A DNA stretch of 55,784 nt from a virus (IMGVR_UViG_3300049982_000336:1-55784); one strand, 5' to 3'; counted from the first letter of the stretch, positions 36,437 through 46,851 are shown. The notes: generated by a model from the letters alone, not told the origin. Numbers and translations are program-made.

Positions 36437-36786
36437 CGCAGAAGAGCTATGACCTGAAGTGGCGCGGCAAGGTCGTCACTGCTAAGGAAAAGGCCGGCGC
36501 GGTGCGCGGGCTAGAGCTCGGCACCGAACACCTCCTCGGCGAGTCCCGCAAGCAGGTCCCCCTCGAAGAGGCCACCTTGGAACGCTCAGGCACTCCTTCG
36601 GTGGACAGAGGCGCCCTGAAGGCTGCGGTCTCCTTCGACACGCCCTACGCCGTTCGACAGCACGAAGAGATGACCTGGAGGCACGACCCAGGGCGCAACG
36701 CGAAGTACCTGGAGAACCCGTACTACTCCGAGCAGGACGTCATCCTCGGCATCATTGCCGCTGAGCTACGCCGGGCCCTCCAGTGA
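36433..36786 (+). CDS. Neck protein (HK97 gp10-like)
   Basis: VPLEEATLERSG...DTPYAVRQHE...AKYLE. Confidence 0.8.
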   Translation: MTQKSYDLKWRGKVVTAKEKAGAVRGLELGTEHLLGESRKQVPLEEATLERSGTPSVDRGALKAAVSFDTPYAVRQHEEMTWRHDPGRNAKYLENPYYSEQDVILGIIAAELRRALQ

Positions 36787-37211
36787 CGATCCTGGAGGAG
36801 TTCGCCCAGCTCCTAGACGATCTCGACCTGGGCACCTATCACGCGGACGGGACAGCCGGCGGCACGGTATTCCTGGCCACGCTCCCCGAGGCCCCCGACG
36901 ACGCCATCGCCGTCGCCCGGTACGGCGCAGGTGAAGCCGACTCGGCGGACCCGTGGGACGAGATCAACATCCAGTGCCGGGTCCGCGGGTCGGCGGCTGA
37001 CGCGCGCGCCGCTGAGCGTAAGGCGCAGGACGTGTACGACGCCCTGCACGGACTCGGCATGCGAGCCCTGCCTGGCGGCACCTGGCTGCAGCTGGCCGTC
37101 GCAGGCGGAGGCGGCCCGGTCTACATCGGACGCGACATCAACGGCCGCCACGAATACACCGTCAATCTGCGCTGCGAGCTGCAGCGAACCACCGCGAACA
37201 GGGGTGCATAA
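36783..37211 (+). CDS. Tail terminator protein
   Basis: Synteny; IQCRVRG...GRDINGRHEYTVN. Confidence 0.8.
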   Translation: MTILEEFAQLLDDLDLGTYHADGTAGGTVFLATLPEAPDDAIAVARYGAGEADSADPWDEINIQCRVRGSAADARAAERKAQDVYDALHGLGMRALPGGTWLQLAVAGGGGPVYIGRDINGRHEYTVNLRCELQRTTANRGA

Positions 37212-37213
37212 CC

Positions 37214-37675
37214 ATGACGCAGCGCCGAATCAACGCGCGCGACATCATCGTCCAGGTCTCCGATGGCGCCGGGTCCCCCACGTGGCTCGCCATCGAGCAC
37301 CTGGCTGGAGTCGTGCCCAAGCCGGGCGAGAACGAAGAGGTGGCGGAAACCACCGACTTCGACTCCCTCGGTGTCTACGAGCAGGAGATCATGCAGCGAG
37401 GCGCCTCCATGGACCTCGAAGGCCTGGAGCTCAAAGACGACTTGAGCGGCGTGCTTCCGCCCGGCCGGGCCCGCGTGGAAGCCCTCGCCTCGGAGACCGC
37501 CGTCGGCTACCTCAGTCTCGGCCAGATCCGCTTTCGCCACCCCATGGACACCGTGTGGCGCGTCTGGAACTGCACCGTCTCCCTCGACGACACCGGCGGC
37601 AAGAACAACGACAAGTCCTCGTGGGGTGCCACCATCACCAAGAGCGGCCCCACCATCACCACGGCGGTGTCCTGA
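37214..37675 (+). CDS. Major tail (tube) protein
   Basis: 153 aa, ETTDFDS, GGKNNDKSSW, located before the chaperones. Confidence 0.85.
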   Translation: MTQRRINARDIIVQVSDGAGSPTWLAIEHLAGVVPKPGENEEVAETTDFDSLGVYEQEIMQRGASMDLEGLELKDDLSGVLPPGRARVEALASETAVGYLSLGQIRFRHPMDTVWRVWNCTVSLDDTGGKNNDKSSWGATITKSGPTITTAVS

Positions 37676-38142
37676 TGGCGCAGATCCCCGAGGAGAACGT
37701 GCCCGGCGACGAGCCGGAGGAGTACCAGTCCTGGGATGACTTCTGGGCTGAAGTCGTCCCCACCCGGCGCACTGAGAACATCCGCGGCGTCGAGGTCGAC
37801 GTGCCGGCCGATTTGCCGCTCAAGTTCACCCGGGAACTCGAGCAACTCGTCGAGTCTCAGCGTGACGAGGACATCCAATACCTGGTCAGCGTGCTGTTCG
37901 GTGAGGACATCCTGGACGCCTGGACAGAGAACGGCATGACCGGCCCGGAGTTTCAAACCGTGCTCGCTTGGGGCGTCGCCCAAGGGCAAGGCCGGGACGT
38001 CAGCTTCCGCGAGGCGTACGAGGCGGTTCGAACGGGGGGAAAATCCTTGGCGCCTCCCGCGTCTCAGACCAAGTCCGGCGGCACTGGGGCGCGGTCGAGG
38101 CGGACTTCCGGCGGGAGTACCACCTCACGCCGCAAGAGATAG
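37675..38142 (+). CDS. Tail assembly chaperone (gpG-like)
   Basis: TGATG overlap, acidic, contains the slippery site. Confidence 0.8.
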   Translation: MAQIPEENVPGDEPEEYQSWDDFWAEVVPTRRTENIRGVEVDVPADLPLKFTRELEQLVESQRDEDIQYLVSVLFGEDILDAWTENGMTGPEFQTVLAWGVAQGQGRDVSFREAYEAVRTGGKSLAPPASQTKSGGTGARSRRTSGGSTTSRRKR

Positions 38143-38276
38143 CCGGCCTCACCCCTCGATCGCTGCGCGTACTGCTCAACCATCTGTCCCCGGATGCGAT
38201 CTTCCGGCACCTGGTGGAGAACGAGCCGCGGGAAGTGACCGGCGAAGAGGCCCAGCAGTTCATCGGCAACCTGTGA
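38037..38276 (+). other. -1 programmed frameshift site and gpGT-like extension
   Basis: In-frame G GGA AAA at 38037-38043. The -1 frame reads ...HWGAVEADFRREY... to the stop at 38276. Confidence 0.85.
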
Positions 38277-38302
38277 TCTGACGCTCCCGGGAGGTGACTC
38301 CC

Positions 38303-40954
38303 GTGGGTTTGAAGATCGGCGAGCTCGTCGCCTTCCTGACCGTCGAGGACAAGGGATTCCACAAGGCCCTGGATGCGGCTGAGCGTGGCTTGGAACGGGT
38401 CGGGTCGGCGAGCAGCGGCATCGGCAAGGGCGCCGGGTTGGCGATCCTGGCCGGGCAGGCCCTCCAACTCGGCGCAGCGGTCGCCCCCGCGGCCGGGGCG
38501 ATGCTCGCGATGCCCGCCGCGATGGTGGCCGTCAAGGGCTCCGCGCTGGTGCTCAAGCTCGGCCTGATTGGCGTGAGCGACGCCATGTCCGCGCTGGCCA
38601 GCGGCGACACCAAGAAATTGGACGCCGCGCTCAAGGAGCTCGCGCCCAGCGCCCGGAATTTCGTTAAAGAACTCGGCACCCTGAAGACCCACGGGTTCGA
38701 CCCGATCCAGAAGGCCGTACAAGGGCGTCTGTTCGACAACCTGGTCGGCCCGCTGAAGACCGCTGCGTCCAGCGTGCTGCCCACCGCCCGCAGTGGCCTG
38801 GTGGCCATCTCGGGCGCGCTCAACGGCCTCGCCCGGGAGGCCCTGCGGGTCGCGTCGACGGAGACGTTCCGTGGCGAGTTCGGTTACGCGCTGAAGGGCG
38901 TCGCCGGGGTGATCAACACCCTGCGGGGTGCCGTGGGCCCGCTGGTCATCATCCTGCTCAAGCTGGTCAATCTGGGTCAGCCGCTGTTGCAGCGCATGGC
39001 CGCGTGGGCGGTTGAAGGCGCCAAGGCCGCGGCGGCGTTCCTCCAGAGCCGGGACGGCGCCTCCCAGATGTCGGGCATCGTGCAGCGCGCTGGGGACACC
39101 CTTGCCACGCTCGGCCGGATCGCCGGCAACATCGGCACCGGCCTGGTCGGCATCTTCAAGAACGCGGGCCAGGGGTCGGGTGACCTGCTCGGCACGATCG
39201 AGAAGCTCACGGGGTCGTTCGCCGCCTGGTCGCAGTCGGCGAAGGGGCAGCAGCAGATCGCGGCCGTTTTCTCCCTGCTCGCGCAGGCGGGGAAAGCCCT
39301 CGGTGGGGCGTTGCCGGTTCTGGTGGGCCCGCTCGGCGCCATCGCCAAGCTGCTGACCTCGCTGCCCGCGCCCGCCCAGGACGTGGTCGCCAAGCTTCTC
39401 GCGTTCAGCGTGCTCACCGGGACCCTCGCCGGGAAACTCGGCCCGGCGATCAGCGCGATCCGGCTGCTGGGCACCGGGATCGGAAAGATCCCAGCCGCGA
39501 TCAATGGTGTGCGAACCGCTGGCAGCGTCCTGCTTTCGCTCGGCACGACTGCCCTCACCGCCTCGGTCAACGTGGCGGCAGCCATGGGACGGATCGCTCT
39601 CTCAGCTGCCACAGCCGCGGCGCGCTTCGCTGTCTCGGCCGCCCAGATGATCGCGCAGATGGCGCTCACCGCCGGCCGAGTGGTCGCCGGTTGGGTGCTG
39701 ATGGGCGTGCAGTCCTTGCTGCAGGCGGCCAGGGTCGCCGCGGCCTGGGTGCTGGCCATGGGCCCCATCGGCTGGATCATCACCGCCGTCGTCGCCTTGG
39801 TGGCCTTGATCATCGCCAATTGGGACACGATCAAGAACGCGATTGCCGCCGCCTGGCAGTGGATCAAGGACACCACGGTCTCAATTTGGAACGGCATAGT
39901 CGCCTGGTTTTCGGCTTTCTGGTCGAACTTGAAAGCAATTTTTCAGACACACGTCGACTGGGTACGTAATCTAATAGCCCGAGTTTGGGCGGCAATTCAA
40001 CAAACAAATGCCACCATCTGGAATGCGATAAAGAATTTCTTTTCCGGCCTCTGGTCCGGAGTGAAGACGATTTTTCAGAGCGCAGTCGACAAGGTGAAAT
40101 CCGTAATTGATGGTGCCTGGAATGTAATAAAAACCGGAACCAAGATCATTTGGGATACGGTGACTGGCTACATTTCCACCGCCTGGACCAACATCAAAAC
40201 CGCAGTGTCGACCGGCATTTCCAATGCCATCACCCTGGTCAAAGGACTACCAGGCAAAATCCTTGCCGGGCTCGGAAAATTGGGCAACTTGCTGCTCTCA
40301 GCCGGAAAGGACCTGATCAACGGCTTGATCAATGGCGTCAAGCAGATGGCCACCAAACTGATCGACTCGGTGAAGGGCGTCATCAACAGCGCCATCGACG
40401 GGGCTAAGAAATTGCTCGGCATCGCGAGCCCGTCCCGCGTGTTCATGACGATCGGCCAGCAGATGATGGCTGGAATGGCCGATGGGATCCACTCGGGCGG
40501 AATGCAGGTCCTGACCGCCACCTTGAAAATCGCGAAACAAGCCGCGCAGGTGGTCAAGGGCGCCGTCATGTCCGGCCCATACTCGGTGCCCGCTGCGCAG
40601 GGCGAAATCGCTCGGCTTCTGGGTGGCGCAAAGTTTGGCCTCGACGTTCAGGCGATCACTCCGACACCCGCCCCCGCTCCCGCCCCAACTCCTAAATCGA
40701 AAGCCAAGCCGAGGCCGACGGCTAAGCCGCAGGCACGTAGCGACCCTAACGACGTGACCTTCGACCGGGGCCCCACCAAGCCGCGCAGGGACCCCAACGA
40801 CGCCACGGTGGACCGCAACCCCCCGAAGAAGGACAACGCCGGCTACGTCCAGCCCAGCGCCTTCAATGTCGTCCAGCATTTCCACGCGGCGAACGTCTCA
40901 GCAGGCCAGGTGTCGAGCCTGATGTGGATGCAAGCCCACGCCGCCGGCTTCTGA
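38303..40954 (+). CDS. Tape measure protein
   Basis: LKIGELVAFL start, Ala/Gly-rich helices, Trp-periodic repeats, LGIASPSRVF. Confidence 0.93.
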   Translation: MGLKIGELVAFLTVEDKGFHKALDAAERGLERVGSASSGIGKGAGLAILAGQALQLGAAVAPAAGAMLAMPAAMVAVKGSALVLKLGLIGVSDAMSALASGDTKKLDAALKELAPSARNFVKELGTLKTHGFDPIQKAVQGRLFDNLVGPLKTAASSVLPTARSGLVAISGALNGLAREALRVASTETFRGEFGYALKGVAGVINTLRGAVGPLVIILLKLVNLGQPLLQRMAAWAVEGAKAAAAFLQSRDGASQMSGIVQRAGDTLATLGRIAGNIGTGLVGIFKNAGQGSGDLLGTIEKLTGSFAAWSQSAKGQQQIAAVFSLLAQAGKALGGALPVLVGPLGAIAKLLTSLPAPAQDVVAKLLAFSVLTGTLAGKLGPAISAIRLLGTGIGKIPAAINGVRTAGSVLLSLGTTALTASVNVAAAMGRIALSAATAAARFAVSAAQMIAQMALTAGRVVAGWVLMGVQSLLQAARVAAAWVLAMGPIGWIITAVVALVALIIANWDTIKNAIAAAWQWIKDTTVSIWNGIVAWFSAFWSNLKAIFQTHVDWVRNLIARVWAAIQQTNATIWNAIKNFFSGLWSGVKTIFQSAVDKVKSVIDGAWNVIKTGTKIIWDTVTGYISTAWTNIKTAVSTGISNAITLVKGLPGKILAGLGKLGNLLLSAGKDLINGLINGVKQMATKLIDSVKGVINSAIDGAKKLLGIASPSRVFMTIGQQMMAGMADGIHSGGMQVLTATLKIAKQAAQVVKGAVMSGPYSVPAAQGEIARLLGGAKFGLDVQAITPTPAPAPAPTPKSKAKPRPTAKPQARSDPNDVTFDRGPTKPRRDPNDATVDRNPPKKDNAGYVQPSAFNVVQHFHAANVSAGQVSSLMWMQAHAAGF

Positions 40955-40984
40955 CCACCCCCCACCACCTCGAAGGAGTTCGGC

Positions 40985-41266
40985 ATGCCCGGATCCACCT
41001 ACGACCCGCAGCGCGACGGGCCGTACGGCGACTACCTGAAGAACAAAGGCATCCGGGCCAACTTCGGCGGCCTGTCCCGCACCGAGCGCGTCATCGACGA
41101 AGGCCGCCTGAACAGCGGTGAGCGCTACCAGACCCGGCAGGACGAGCTCGGCAACCGAACCCGGGAGCGCAGCGCCGAGATGGGCGTCAGCACCGGCCAG
41201 GACGTGGTGATCCGCGCACCCAAGCTCAACATCAGCATGAAGGCAACGGAGGAACGGCAGCCATGA
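40985..41266 (+). CDS. Hypothetical protein
   Basis: AAGGAG RBS, high GC3. Confidence 0.7.
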   Translation: MPGSTYDPQRDGPYGDYLKNKGIRANFGGLSRTERVIDEGRLNSGERYQTRQDELGNRTRERSAEMGVSTGQDVVIRAPKLNISMKATEERQP

Positions 41267-41529
41267 GCACAGCAGCAGAGCAGGCCGCGCAGCTGCGCGC
41301 GCAGGCCGACGCCCTGGAGGAGGTGGCGGCCCTCGGCGAGGCCATGACCAAGGCGAAGACGGCCTACCACGCCGACCAGACCCCGAAGAACAAGAAGGCG
41401 TACCGCGAGGCCGCACAGGCCCTGTCGGACGCCCGCGAGCGGCAGCGTACCGACCGGCCGCTCACCGTCGAGCCGGGCGGCGTGACCATCACCCCCGGCC
41501 AGGTGGCCGCACGCGGAAAGGCCAGCTGA
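41263..41529 (+). CDS. Hypothetical helical protein
   Basis: ATGA overlap. Confidence 0.7.
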   Translation: MSTAAEQAAQLRAQADALEEVAALGEAMTKAKTAYHADQTPKNKKAYREAAQALSDARERQRTDRPLTVEPGGVTITPGQVAARGKAS

Positions 41530-41530
41530 C

Positions 41531-41983
41531 ATGGCATTTGCCAACTCCGGGCTGTTCATCCCCACGTGGATGGACGCCCTCGACGCCTCCCAGCTGGCGC
41601 TCAACCTGGACCTGGACACCCACAAGGTGGCCATGTTCACCAACAGCATCACCAGCCCGAACTTTTCCACCAACACCGCGTACGGCAGCGCGCCGTTCAA
41701 CGCTAACGAGGTGTCCGGCACCGCCTACATCGCCGGCGGAGCGCTGCTCACCGGCACCACGCTGACCGACTCCCCGTCGGGCACCTTGAAGTGGGATGGC
41801 GATGATGTTGACTGGGCCGCCTCGACGATCTCGGCCGCCCGGGGCGCGGTGGCCTACGCCGACGCCCTGACCGACGAGCTCATCGCGGCGATCGCGTTCG
41901 GCGCCGACTACTCCACCGTGGCCGGCCTGTTCCGCATCCAGTGGCACGCCTCGGGCATTGTGACCATCGACATCACGCCGTAA
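41531..41983 (+). CDS. Putative baseplate/fibre-associated structural protein
   Basis: DTHKVAM...NEVSGTAYIAGG..L...WDGDDVDW pattern typical of actinophage tail-tip genes. Confidence 0.7.
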   Translation: MAFANSGLFIPTWMDALDASQLALNLDLDTHKVAMFTNSITSPNFSTNTAYGSAPFNANEVSGTAYIAGGALLTGTTLTDSPSGTLKWDGDDVDWAASTISAARGAVAYADALTDELIAAIAFGADYSTVAGLFRIQWHASGIVTIDITP

Positions 41984-41999
41984 CAGCCCTTGCCGTGCC

Positions 42000-42020
42000 G
42001 CCGCCTCCGGGCGGTTTTTT
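42000..42020 (+). terminator. Intrinsic terminator
   Basis: GCCGCC-TCCG-GGCGGT followed by a T-run. Confidence 0.75.
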
Positions 42021-42051
42021 CATGCCTGCATGCTGACGATCGGGGGCGGAC

Positions 42052-43893
42052 GTGACGGTTGCGATTGACGCGTCCTCCCCATCGCTGCAAGCAGGATTGT
42101 CCAACTCGCTCACCACGTCGGCATTCAACCCGCCCGACAACAGCGTGCTGGTCGCGGTCGTCATCCGCAGCACCGGCACGACGATCAGCACCAACGGCAC
42201 AGCACTGACGTGGACCTCCCGCAAGGAGGACACCGACAGCGGCAACATCGAGATCTTCACCGCGCCCCTGGTAACTGGGCGCACCGGGATGACGGTTACG
42301 GCATCCGGCGCCACCACCGGTGAACTCGCCCTCAAGGTGTACGTCATCACCGGCGGCGACCTGAGTAACCCCGTGGGCGCGACGGGTAGCGGCACCAGCA
42401 CCGCCAACGCACCCAACGTCACCGGATACACCTCAACGGTCGCAGGATCGCGAGGCATCTGCGGCGCGTTCGACCAGTCCGCCCGCGGCCTCCCGACCAG
42501 CACCGACGACGAGGCCGGCTACAACCTGTTCTCGTCGGGCATGTCGGTGGCCAAGGCCGCCAACACCACCCCGGCCGGCACCGCCGTCACCTTCAACTTG
42601 GACGCGGGCGGCACGAGCACCGGCAACTGGTATTGGATCGCCGTCGAGATCCTCCCCCTCGCCGCAGTCCCTGCCACCGCCACACCCTCCGACGTCGCCG
42701 CGGCCGCCGCCGTACCCGCCCCCACGCTGTCGACGGGCTCCACCGTCACCCCGTCCCCGGTGGCCGCCGTCGCCGCGGTGCCCGACCCTGGAGTGTCCGG
42801 CGGAGCCACCGCCACCCCGGGTGCCGTCGCCGCGACCACCACCGTTCCGTCGCCAGTCATCGCGACCGGCGGCAACATCACCATCGCCGTCGACACGATC
42901 GCCGCGGTTGCCAGCGTCCTGACCCCCACCGTGCTGGCCGGCACCACGGCCACCCCGGACGCGGTGGCAGCCGTCGCCACAGTGCCCCTGCCGCACATCC
43001 AGCTTCCCGAGCACGTCAACGTCGCGCCGGCACCGCTCGCCGTGGTGGTCGCCGTACCGCCGCCCGTCATCTCCACGCCGATCCTGCCCGGTGCGAACAT
43101 CACCCGCCCCGGACAGCTGGAGTACGACGGGTTCGTCATCGGTTCGGGCACCCCTTACCGGATGATCGGGCTCGCCGGGTTCGACGACCTGCCGAACGCG
43201 GACAGTGGCAACTCCGCGGAGCCTGCCGACCACGGGTCCCGACCCGGTCGCACCCTGGCCCGGGACCGCGTGCTCACCTGGACAGGGTTCATCGACTGCC
43301 CGCCGGAGCAGTTCGAGGCCGCGCGTAACGCCCTGGTGAACGCTACTCCGTACCCGCGTGGCGCCGAGGACCTGCCGATCGCCGTGCGCGTGCTGTCCAC
43401 CACCTACCTGGTGTACGGCAAGATCGCGCCGGGCGGGCGGATCATCAGCATGGGCAAGGGCTACAGGCTCGGATACGCACCCGTTGCCCTGCAGTTCCTG
43501 TGCGCCGACCCGCGCATCTACGGGATCACAATCCGCACCGCCGACCTGGCCAACGGCGGCACGATCAGCGTGCTCAACACCGGCAACACCGAGACCAGAC
43601 CCTCGTTCAGGATCCCGGGGCCCGCGGTGAACCCCACGTTGCGCGTGGTCGACACCGGGCGCACCATGCGGTTCGGCATCAACCTGGCGGCCGGCGAGTA
43701 CATCGACGTCGACTGCCGCGCCGGATCCGCGCTGTGGATGGGCGAGGTTAACGTTCTGGCCGCACTGGCCAATTCCACCTCAGTGCCGCCGCATCTGTTC
43801 GAGTTCCTGCCCGGGACATCCCAGGTCACCTACTCGGCGACCGGGGGCAGCGTGCCGGTGATCAACGTGCTGTGGCGGGACGCCACCCAGTGA
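42052..43893 (+). CDS. Distal tail (Dit)-like protein with an N-terminal fibre-like extension
   Basis: C-half GQLEYDG...GFDDLP...LQFLCADPRIY...NTGNTETRP; N-half beta domain plus A/T/V/P repeats. Confidence 0.75.
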   Translation: MTVAIDASSPSLQAGLSNSLTTSAFNPPDNSVLVAVVIRSTGTTISTNGTALTWTSRKEDTDSGNIEIFTAPLVTGRTGMTVTASGATTGELALKVYVITGGDLSNPVGATGSGTSTANAPNVTGYTSTVAGSRGICGAFDQSARGLPTSTDDEAGYNLFSSGMSVAKAANTTPAGTAVTFNLDAGGTSTGNWYWIAVEILPLAAVPATATPSDVAAAAAVPAPTLSTGSTVTPSPVAAVAAVPDPGVSGGATATPGAVAATTTVPSPVIATGGNITIAVDTIAAVASVLTPTVLAGTTATPDAVAAVATVPLPHIQLPEHVNVAPAPLAVVVAVPPPVISTPILPGANITRPGQLEYDGFVIGSGTPYRMIGLAGFDDLPNADSGNSAEPADHGSRPGRTLARDRVLTWTGFIDCPPEQFEAARNALVNATPYPRGAEDLPIAVRVLSTTYLVYGKIAPGGRIISMGKGYRLGYAPVALQFLCADPRIYGITIRTADLANGGTISVLNTGNTETRPSFRIPGPAVNPTLRVVDTGRTMRFGINLAAGEYIDVDCRAGSALWMGEVNVLAALANSTSVPPHLFEFLPGTSQVTYSATGGSVPVINVLWRDATQ

Positions 43894-43905
43894 GAGGCGG
43901 TGAGC

Positions 43906-45102
43906 ATGCCCAGCACCTGGGTCGCCTTGTTCTGTGATCTGCTCACCGACGTTCCCATCACCACGCTGCCCCTCGACGGCCCGCCGAAATGGGCGTCACA
44001 GATCATCGTCCCCGGCGCGTTCACCGCGAAGATCACCACCACCAATCCGGAGATGACCGCCCGGGTCCGCCAGGTGTTCCCCCGCGAAGACCTGTGGCCG
44101 CCCCCTGCCGGGGCCGGGCGGGTGAAGTGCCACATCTTCCAGGGGCCCACCTTCGAGAACCTGTGGGACTCGTACGTCGTCTGGGAGAACACCAACAGCG
44201 GCGACGAGAACCTCGACAACGGGTACATCGACATCAGCGGCGCGCAGCTGGCGTCGTACATGTGGCACCGGCAGATCTGGGACGATCTGGCCTACGCGCA
44301 GGAAGACCAGATCGACATCGCGCATTCGCTGGTCGCGGATATGCAGTTCGAGCTCGGCGGGGACATCGGGATCGGCACCTCCGGCGCTCTGTCCGGGGTG
44401 CTCCGCGACCGCGAATACCCGGCGAGCTCGGCCCTGTGGTACGGCGAAACCCTCGCTCAGCTCGCCTCCGTCGACGGCGGCTTCGAGTGGGTCGTCCAGT
44501 CCTACGTGGATGAGTTCCTCGGGCACCGCGTCCACGACTTCGTGACCGGCTACCCCAACCTGGCCGACCCGGCCCCGGATCTGACGCGCGAGCTGTACGT
44601 GTCCAGGCCAGGCAACATCCTGTCCTACAAATACCTGTCCTCGGCGATCGGCACCGCGAACCGTTTCCGCGGCCGCGGGGACACCATCAACGACGACATC
44701 ACCAACAGCTCCGAGCCGCTGCTGGGCAGCGTGGTCACCGACACCACCTTGACCGGCGGCGGCTGGGCCTACCTCGACCAGACCGTCGACTACCAGTCCG
44801 TCATCGACGTCACCACGCTCGACTCCTATGCGCGGTGGTGGCGCGACACCCGCTCGGGTGTGTCCCGCGTCCTGGACCTGACCGTCCGCTTCGACGACAC
44901 CTTCCCGCTTCACCCCCGCCGCCACCTCGGCAAGTACGTCAACATGTCGATCACCGACCAGTTGTATCCCCTCGACGACCAGGGCCGGCCGACGTTCCAG
45001 CAACGCTCCCGCCTGGTCGGCATCGAAGTCGAACCGAACGGCCGCGGCCAAGGCCAGGACATCGCCCACCTGATCCTGGAAGAGGGGGCGCGAGCGGCAT
45101 GA
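43906..45102 (+). CDS. Minor tail / baseplate hub protein
   Basis: CDLLTD, DQIDIA, SGVLRDREY, DGGFEW, PGNILSY; follows Dit. Confidence 0.8.
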   Translation: MPSTWVALFCDLLTDVPITTLPLDGPPKWASQIIVPGAFTAKITTTNPEMTARVRQVFPREDLWPPPAGAGRVKCHIFQGPTFENLWDSYVVWENTNSGDENLDNGYIDISGAQLASYMWHRQIWDDLAYAQEDQIDIAHSLVADMQFELGGDIGIGTSGALSGVLRDREYPASSALWYGETLAQLASVDGGFEWVVQSYVDEFLGHRVHDFVTGYPNLADPAPDLTRELYVSRPGNILSYKYLSSAIGTANRFRGRGDTINDDITNSSEPLLGSVVTDTTLTGGGWAYLDQTVDYQSVIDVTTLDSYARWWRDTRSGVSRVLDLTVRFDDTFPLHPRRHLGKYVNMSITDQLYPLDDQGRPTFQQRSRLVGIEVEPNGRGQGQDIAHLILEEGARAA

Positions 45103-45872
45103 CCGGACAGCCCGTCCTCACCGACCAGTGGGCGCAGGAGTACAACCGGCTGCGCTCCACCGTCGTTGCCGCCATGACTGCCGCCCGGGCGCGCATCAAG
45201 TTCGCCAAGCTGGTGGCCGCGCAGCTGCTCGTGTCCTCGGCGACCGGGCACCGCATCATCATCAACCCCGACGACGCGACCGACCCGGAGATCTGGCTGG
45301 TCCCCGCGGACTCCGGCACCAACTACTCGCGGATCAGGTCAAGGGACAACATCAACGCCGGCGAGGCGGTCCTGCAGATCACGAGCGGGGAGAACGCTGG
45401 CGGCACGGCGTCGGCCGAGCTCGAGCTCGGCTCCGGCTCGGTGCGAATGCAGATCCACGACTCCGACGGTTCTGGGGATAACGGCGGATACGCCGACTGG
45501 GGGCTGTCGAGGGCGCGGTTCGGCTACCTGAACGGGTCGACCGACAACTACTTCGACTTCTCCGCCTCCTCGATCTCGCGTCATCACGGGCAATGGGATG
45601 ACTTCGGATCCTTGCCCGGCGACGCCGGAATCCTGTCCGGCTCATGGACCCTGGCCTCCGGCTTCGTCGGGGCCACCGTCCACTATCCGACGACCATGGA
45701 CTCCAACATGGGGCCGGTCGCCAGCTTGCGCGACGGCGCGGCCAACCCCAACTTCGATCACTGCCTGACCGCGTCCACACAATCCTCCTACGACCACGAC
45801 TGGTCGCCGTCCGGCGGATCAAGCGGACCGCTCACCGGCAAGGCGGGCTATTTCTGGTCGTTCCGCCACTAG
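45099..45872 (+). CDS. Minor tail protein
   Basis: ATGA overlap, short coiled coil then a beta-rich region. Confidence 0.7.
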   Translation: MTGQPVLTDQWAQEYNRLRSTVVAAMTAARARIKFAKLVAAQLLVSSATGHRIIINPDDATDPEIWLVPADSGTNYSRIRSRDNINAGEAVLQITSGENAGGTASAELELGSGSVRMQIHDSDGSGDNGGYADWGLSRARFGYLNGSTDNYFDFSASSISRHHGQWDDFGSLPGDAGILSGSWTLASGFVGATVHYPTTMDSNMGPVASLRDGAANPNFDHCLTASTQSSYDHDWSPSGGSSGPLTGKAGYFWSFRH

Positions 45873-45885
45873 CCAGGAGGCATGC

Positions 45886-46656
45886 GTGCAGCAGATCGAG
45901 ATATACGACAGCGAGGCCAGCTTCCACTACACGGTGAGACCCCCGGACCTGACCAGCCCGCAGATGGACCCGAACGGGTCCATCGAGCCGATGTGGGGCG
46001 TGCACACCTGGAATCCCGACCGCGGCCGGCGGATGGACATCATCCCGCACGCCCTTCTGGAAGACACGGTCGTCCGCTGCGGACACGACCCCGACGACGT
46101 CGAGGGCATCGTGTCCACCATCTTGCACACCCCATTCATCCCCGACCCGAGCGACCCGCTCGCCTACGACGACCCCGCCAAGGTGGCCGTCCTGGAGGCC
46201 ACCGCGGACGTTCCCGCCCTGCTGCCGGGCATGCCGGACGCCGAGCGCCTGGAGGTCACCCACGCCCTGGTCGGCGCCGTTCGGGCGCACCGGGCCACGG
46301 TGGACCCGGCGAGCCGCGAGGACCGGCAGGGCGCCCTGGACTGGCGCGCCGCCATGATCCTCGACGCGGGCGATCAGGTGCCGCAGGACTTCCAGCATGA
46401 CCTCGGCGTGCAGGCGCCCGGGCACCCCCTCGACGCGCTGCTGAGCGCAGTCCGGCTCGATCCGGCACGCATCGCCGCCCGCCGGGCCCGCAATGACTGG
46501 ATGCAGGCCCGCCGCGAACGCTCGGTGAGCCGCTCCACCGCCGTCATGGGCCCCCGGACGTTCGGGTTCGGCCGAGTGATCCCGCAGCCACAGACGCCTG
46601 TTGAGCCGCCCGCGGTGGCGGCCGCGCGGGCCCGCATCGCGGCGAGCGGCGGATGA
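45886..46656 (+). CDS. Hypothetical protein
   Basis: AGGAGG RBS, high GC3. Confidence 0.7.
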   Translation: MQQIEIYDSEASFHYTVRPPDLTSPQMDPNGSIEPMWGVHTWNPDRGRRMDIIPHALLEDTVVRCGHDPDDVEGIVSTILHTPFIPDPSDPLAYDDPAKVAVLEATADVPALLPGMPDAERLEVTHALVGAVRAHRATVDPASREDRQGALDWRAAMILDAGDQVPQDFQHDLGVQAPGHPLDALLSAVRLDPARIAARRARNDWMQARRERSVSRSTAVMGPRTFGFGRVIPQPQTPVEPPAVAAARARIAASGG

Positions 46657-46829
46657 GCGGCCCCGTCTTCACCGAGCTCGACGAGCCCGACCAGCCGAGG
46701 CCGGTGGACCGGGAAGCCGCCCGGGAGCAACGCGCCGGCGCGCACGCGGTCGCAGCGCAGGCGCGCGAGCTCGCCGCCCAACTCGCCTCTGTCGGCCTCC
46801 GCCTGGCCGATCTGCGAAGCGATCCGTAG
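46653..46829 (+). CDS. Small hypothetical protein (58 aa, not in ORF track)
   Basis: ATGA overlap; MSGPVFTELDEP...LRSDP. Confidence 0.5.
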   Translation: MSGPVFTELDEPDQPRPVDREAAREQRAGAHAVAAQARELAAQLASVGLRLADLRSDP

Positions 46830-46851
46830 CACCAACCGTAAGGAGGCGCCC

